Below are positions 60,780 to 64,000 of a stretch of 64,000 nt of DNA, in pieces; within the stretch, counting starts at the first letter, position 1; every line of letters starts with the position of its first letter. A program made the position numbers and the translations under genes. The notes below the pieces were generated by a model. That model saw only the letters and a list, made by a program, of their open reading frames with translations, searched no databases and had not been told where the DNA came from. The DNA comes from Treponemataceae bacterium (lineage in GTDB: Bacteria; Spirochaetota; Spirochaetia; Treponematales; Rectinemataceae): positions 1,568,001 to 1,632,000 of the forward strand of contig CAXXVZ010000003.1 in the NCBI GenBank assembly GCA_963678065.2. Direction: 5' to 3'.

Positions 60780-63700
60780 ATGGATAGAGGTAAAAAATTC
60801 CTTGCATTCTTCGCAGTCATGGTCCTTGTGACTATGACATCTTGTTTATGCGCCCCCGAACCCGCTGAAGTCGGTCCGGGGCCTGTAACCGTCGCCCCGA
60901 TACCGGCAACTACGACTACGACTACAGTCGAAACTCCGGCTCCCGTCGTCGTCGAAACGTCCGCCAAGCCGGAAACACCGATAGCAGCGGCACCCTCTAT
61001 TTCCGAGGTCGATCTCAGAAATCTCTTCGGAGAAGCAAATTCCCTCCACAACGATGTCGCTGGATATGGAATCGCCGAAGTCCTTCCCGCCGATGTGGTC
61101 GCTGCGGATCAGCAGTTCGCCGCCGCCAAAACCGGCTACGATGCGGCGATGGACGCCAGTCCTTACGATGAAGTCGCCGCTTATCCCGTCAAGGCTCAGC
61201 TCGAGACTTCGATCGCCAACTACACCGACCTTCTCGATCGCGGCCTGCCCATGCGCGCCGAGGCCGAGCGCAAGGCAGCGTTGGAGATGAAGGCAAAGGC
61301 CGAGGCCGCCGAAGCCGCCGTCAAGGCTCCGGAGCGGATGGGAGCCGCTGACCAGTCCTTCGCCGACGCAGAAAGCCTCGCGGCGAACAAATCCTATCCG
61401 ATGGCCATCGATGGCTACAAGCTGTCGGCACTCACCTATGACCTCGCTTCCCGCAAGGCTATGGCCAACGGGTACCGCGAGACCATCTTCACCAACGGTT
61501 ACGCCAAATACTCCCCCAACTACTTCGACATCGCCGAGCAGAAGTACGCCGAAGAGAGCGCTTTCTGGGATTCCGGAAGTCCGGCCGATCTCGAGAAGGG
61601 CGCTTCTTCACTCGCCATCGCCAACACCTATTATGAGGAAGTCATCGCGCGCGGACGCGAGTACTCCGCCTACGACCGCAAGGCAGCCAGCGATGCGGCA
61701 AAACTCCAGAGCGACGGTCTCAACTCCGAAGTCAACGCTCCCGAGACCTACTCTTCCGCCCTTGTCAACTACAACGAAGGCGAAACCAGCCTCAAGGGTT
61801 CCAACTATGAAAGCGCTTCCCTCTGGTACGACGATGCCACCCAGGCCTTCGGCCAGGCTTACGACCTCTCCTACGGAAAATCCGAAGAAGCCGAAACCTT
61901 GATCGGGAAAGCCGACGAGGCCGTCGCCGTCGCCGAAGAAAAAGCCGCCTACGAGAAGATGGCGGACAATCCCTATCTCAAGCTCGCCCAAGACTACAAA
62001 GCCAACGCCGATGTGGATTTCTCCGGCAAGTATTTCGATGCCGCATCCACAAATGCCCAGAAAGCCATCGACTACGCTTCCCTCTCCGACTCCTATGTCG
62101 ATGGCAGGGTTTCCAAGGCACAGGCGGAGGCCAAGCTCGCCGCCGACGATTCTCTCGCCAAGGCCAAGTCCAGGATCGCCTGGGCCGATAGGGAAGGCAT
62201 CAAAGCGGACTATCCGGCTGAGTACAAGGGTGCCTCCGCGGCCATGACCGCTGCAAATCTCGCGTATGGCAGCGAAAACTACACCGCCGCCAAATCCAAC
62301 GCCGACGAAGTGCTCTCTGTCCTCTCCGGCGATTTTGAGGCCAAGGTTGCGGCTGAACGCTCTGCCAAGCTGAAAGCGGCAGCGGAGAAAGCAGCAGCGG
62401 AGCGAGCAGCGATCGAGAAAGCGGCGGCGGACAAGCTTGCTGCGGACATGGCTGCGGCGCGGGCGAAAGCGGAAGCCGAGAGGCTTGCGGCAGAGAAAGC
62501 GGCTGCGGAGACTGCGCGGATCGAGGCTGAGAGGCTCGCGGCTGAGAAAGCGGCTGAGCTCAAGGCGAAAGCCGATCTGGAAGCATCGATAGCGGCGGCC
62601 GACGTATCCCTCGCGAAGGCGCACGAGCGGAAGGCCTGGGCGGATGCGGCAGGGATCAAAGCGGACTATCCGGCTGAGTACAAAGGTGCTACGGCAGCGA
62701 TGACCGCTGCGGAGATAGCGTATGGGAACGAGAGCTATGAATCCGCGAAGGTGAACGCCGACGAAGTGGTTTCGATACTCTCGGCCGATTTTGAAGCGAA
62801 AGTGATGGCGGAGCGAGCGGCCATCAAGGCAGCTGCAGAGAAAGCGGCTGCGGAGAAGGCAGCAGCGGAGCGAGCAGCGATCGAGAAAGCGGCGGCGGAC
62901 AAGCTTGCTGCGGACATGGCTGCGGCGCGGGCGAAAGCGGAAGCCGAGAGGCTTGCGGCAGAGAAAGCGGCTGCGGAGACTGCGCGGATCGAGGCTGAGA
63001 GGCTCGCGGCTGAGAAAGCGGCTGAGCTCAAGGCGAAAGCCGATCTGGAAGCATCGATAGCGGCGGCCGACGTATCCCTCGCGAAGGCGCGCGAGCGCAA
63101 GGCCTGGGCGGATGCGGCAGGGATCAAAGCGGACTATCCGGCTGAGTACAAAGGTGCTACGGCAGCGATGACCGCTGCGGAGATAGCGTATGGGAACGAG
63201 AGCTATGAATCCGCGAAGGTGAACGCCGACGAAGTGGTTTCGATACTCTCGGCTGATTTTGAAGCGAAAGTGATGGCGGAGCGAGCGGCCATCAAGGCAG
63301 CTGCGGAGAAAGCGGCAGCGGAGAAGGCAGCAGCGGAGCGAGCAGCGATCGAGAAAGCGGCAGCGGACAAGCTTGCTGCGGACATGGCTGCGGCGCGGGC
63401 GAAAGCGGAAGCCGAGAGGCTTGCGGCAGAGAAAGCGGCTGCGGAGACTGCGCGGATAGAAGCGGAGAAGGTAGCGGCTGAGAAGGCCCGGCTTGCCGCG
63501 GAGAAACTCGCGGCTGAGAATGCGGCGGCAGAGAAAGCAGCAGCTGAAGCGGCGCGGATCGAGGCTGAGAGGCTCGCGGCTGAGAAAGCGGCGGAGCTCA
63601 AGGCGAAAGCCGATCTGGAAGCATCGATAGCGGCGGCCGACGTATCCCTCGCGAAGGCGCGCGAGCGCAAGGCCTGGGCGGATGCGGAAGGGATCAAAGC

Positions 63701-64000
63701 GGACTATCCGGCTGAGTACAAAGGTGCCACTGCAGCGATGACCGCTGCGGAGATAGCGTACGGCAACGAGAGCTATGAATCCGCGAAGGTGAACGCCGAC
63801 GAAGTGGTTTCGATACTCTCGGCTGATTTTGAAGCGAAAGTGATGGCGGAGCGAGCGGCCATCAAGGCAGCTGCGGAGAAAGCGGCAGCGGAGAAGGCAG
63901 CAGCGGAGCGAGCAGCGATCGAGAAAGCGGCAGCGGACAAGCTTGCTGCGGACATGGCTGCGGCGCGGGCGAAAGCGGAAGCCGAGAGGCTTGCGGCAGA
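60780..64000 (+). CDS. Very large lipoprotein with TmpB-like domains and Ala/Glu/Lys-rich repeats (runs off the right edge)
   Basis: Not in the ORF track because there is no stop. SD AGGAGG; lipoprotein signal MDRGKKFLAFFAVMVLVTMTS-C22; Pro/Thr linker; helical domains; repeated AWAD..GIKADYPAEYKGA..AM units. Confidence 0.85.
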   Translation, partial: MDRGKKFLAFFAVMVLVTMTSCLCAPEPAEVGPGPVTVAPIPATTTTTTVETPAPVVVETSAKPETPIAAAPSISEVDLRNLFGEANSLHNDVAGYGIAEVLPADVVAADQQFAAAKTGYDAAMDASPYDEVAAYPVKAQLETSIANYTDLLDRGLPMRAEAERKAALEMKAKAEAAEAAVKAPERMGAADQSFADAESLAANKSYPMAIDGYKLSALTYDLASRKAMANGYRETIFTNGYAKYSPNYFDIAEQKYAEESAFWDSGSPADLEKGASSLAIANTYYEEVIARGREYSAYDRKAASDAAKLQSDGLNSEVNAPETYSSALVNYNEGETSLKGSNYESASLWYDDATQAFGQAYDLSYGKSEEAETLIGKADEAVAVAEEKAAYEKMADNPYLKLAQDYKANADVDFSGKYFDAASTNAQKAIDYASLSDSYVDGRVSKAQAEAKLAADDSLAKAKSRIAWADREGIKADYPAEYKGASAAMTAANLAYGSENYTAAKSNADEVLSVLSGDFEAKVAAERSAKLKAAAEKAAAERAAIEKAAADKLAADMAAARAKAEAERLAAEKAAAETARIEAERLAAEKAAELKAKADLEASIAAADVSLAKAHERKAWADAAGIKADYPAEYKGATAAMTAAEIAYGNESYESAKVNADEVVSILSADFEAKVMAERAAIKAAAEKAAAEKAAAERAAIEKAAADKLAADMAAARAKAEAERLAAEKAAAETARIEAERLAAEKAAELKAKADLEASIAAADVSLAKARERKAWADAAGIKADYPAEYKGATAAMTAAEIAYGNESYESAKVNADEVVSILSADFEAKVMAERAAIKAAAEKAAAEKAAAERAAIEKAAADKLAADMAAARAKAEAERLAAEKAAAETARIEAEKVAAEKARLAAEKLAAENAAAEKAAAEAARIEAERLAAEKAAELKAKADLEASIAAADVSLAKARERKAWADAEGIKADYPAEYKGATAAMTAAEIAYGNESYESAKVNADEVVSILSADFEAKVMAERAAIKAAAEKAAAEKAAAERAAIEKAAADKLAADMAAARAKAEAERLAA
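62161..64000 (+). repeat. Long in-frame tandem repeat, unit lengths 456/468/570 bp
   Basis: The anchor GGNATCAAAGCGGACTATCCGGCTGAGTACAA starts at 62196, 62652, 63120 and 63690. Confidence 0.93.

Noticed and set aside
62161..64000. CRISPR-like or mobile repeat array
   Set aside because: The repeats are hundreds of bp long, in frame and lack unique spacers; no cas genes are present.

Overview
High-GC bacterial chromosomal window, most likely from a spirochaete. This is inferred from a TmpB-like protein, a LolA-like/TP_0789-type locus and a type-2 IleRS. Contents from left to right: (1) the 5' part of gltB; (2) a Fur-boxed fur-feoA-feoB-Cys-rich operon; (3) a GH36 alpha-galactosidase; (4) the rpsP-khpA-rimM-trmD-rplS-yraN cluster and a Dus enzyme; (5) a tightly coupled PadR-modABC-xdhC-yqeC-yqeB-cysteine desulfurase-selD-DUF3343-yedF operon for selenium/molybdenum cofactor maturation; (6) a Crp/GNAT cassette and a deletion-riddled second copy of the PadR-mod operon head; (7) two convergent carbohydrate-catabolic clusters, AraC/UroD-like, LacI-ABC-GH3-HisD paralog-SDR and IclR, eda-kdgK-ABC-dgoD; (8) fadD; (9) a wHTH-regulated LolCDE/LolA-like/outer-membrane-protein locus; (10) ileS, an MFS transporter, a DtxR/MntR regulator and a DUF3298-like gene; (11) a giant lipoprotein with TmpB-like tandem repeats that runs off the right edge. 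No tRNA, rRNA, CRISPR array, transposase or integrase was recognised. All family calls come from motif recognition by eye, not from database searches. The best candidates for undescribed biology are the HisD-paralog sugar oxidation pathway, PadR/hairpin control of the Se-Mo operon, the Lol-like trans-envelope system and the repeat-expanded Tmp fusion lipoprotein.
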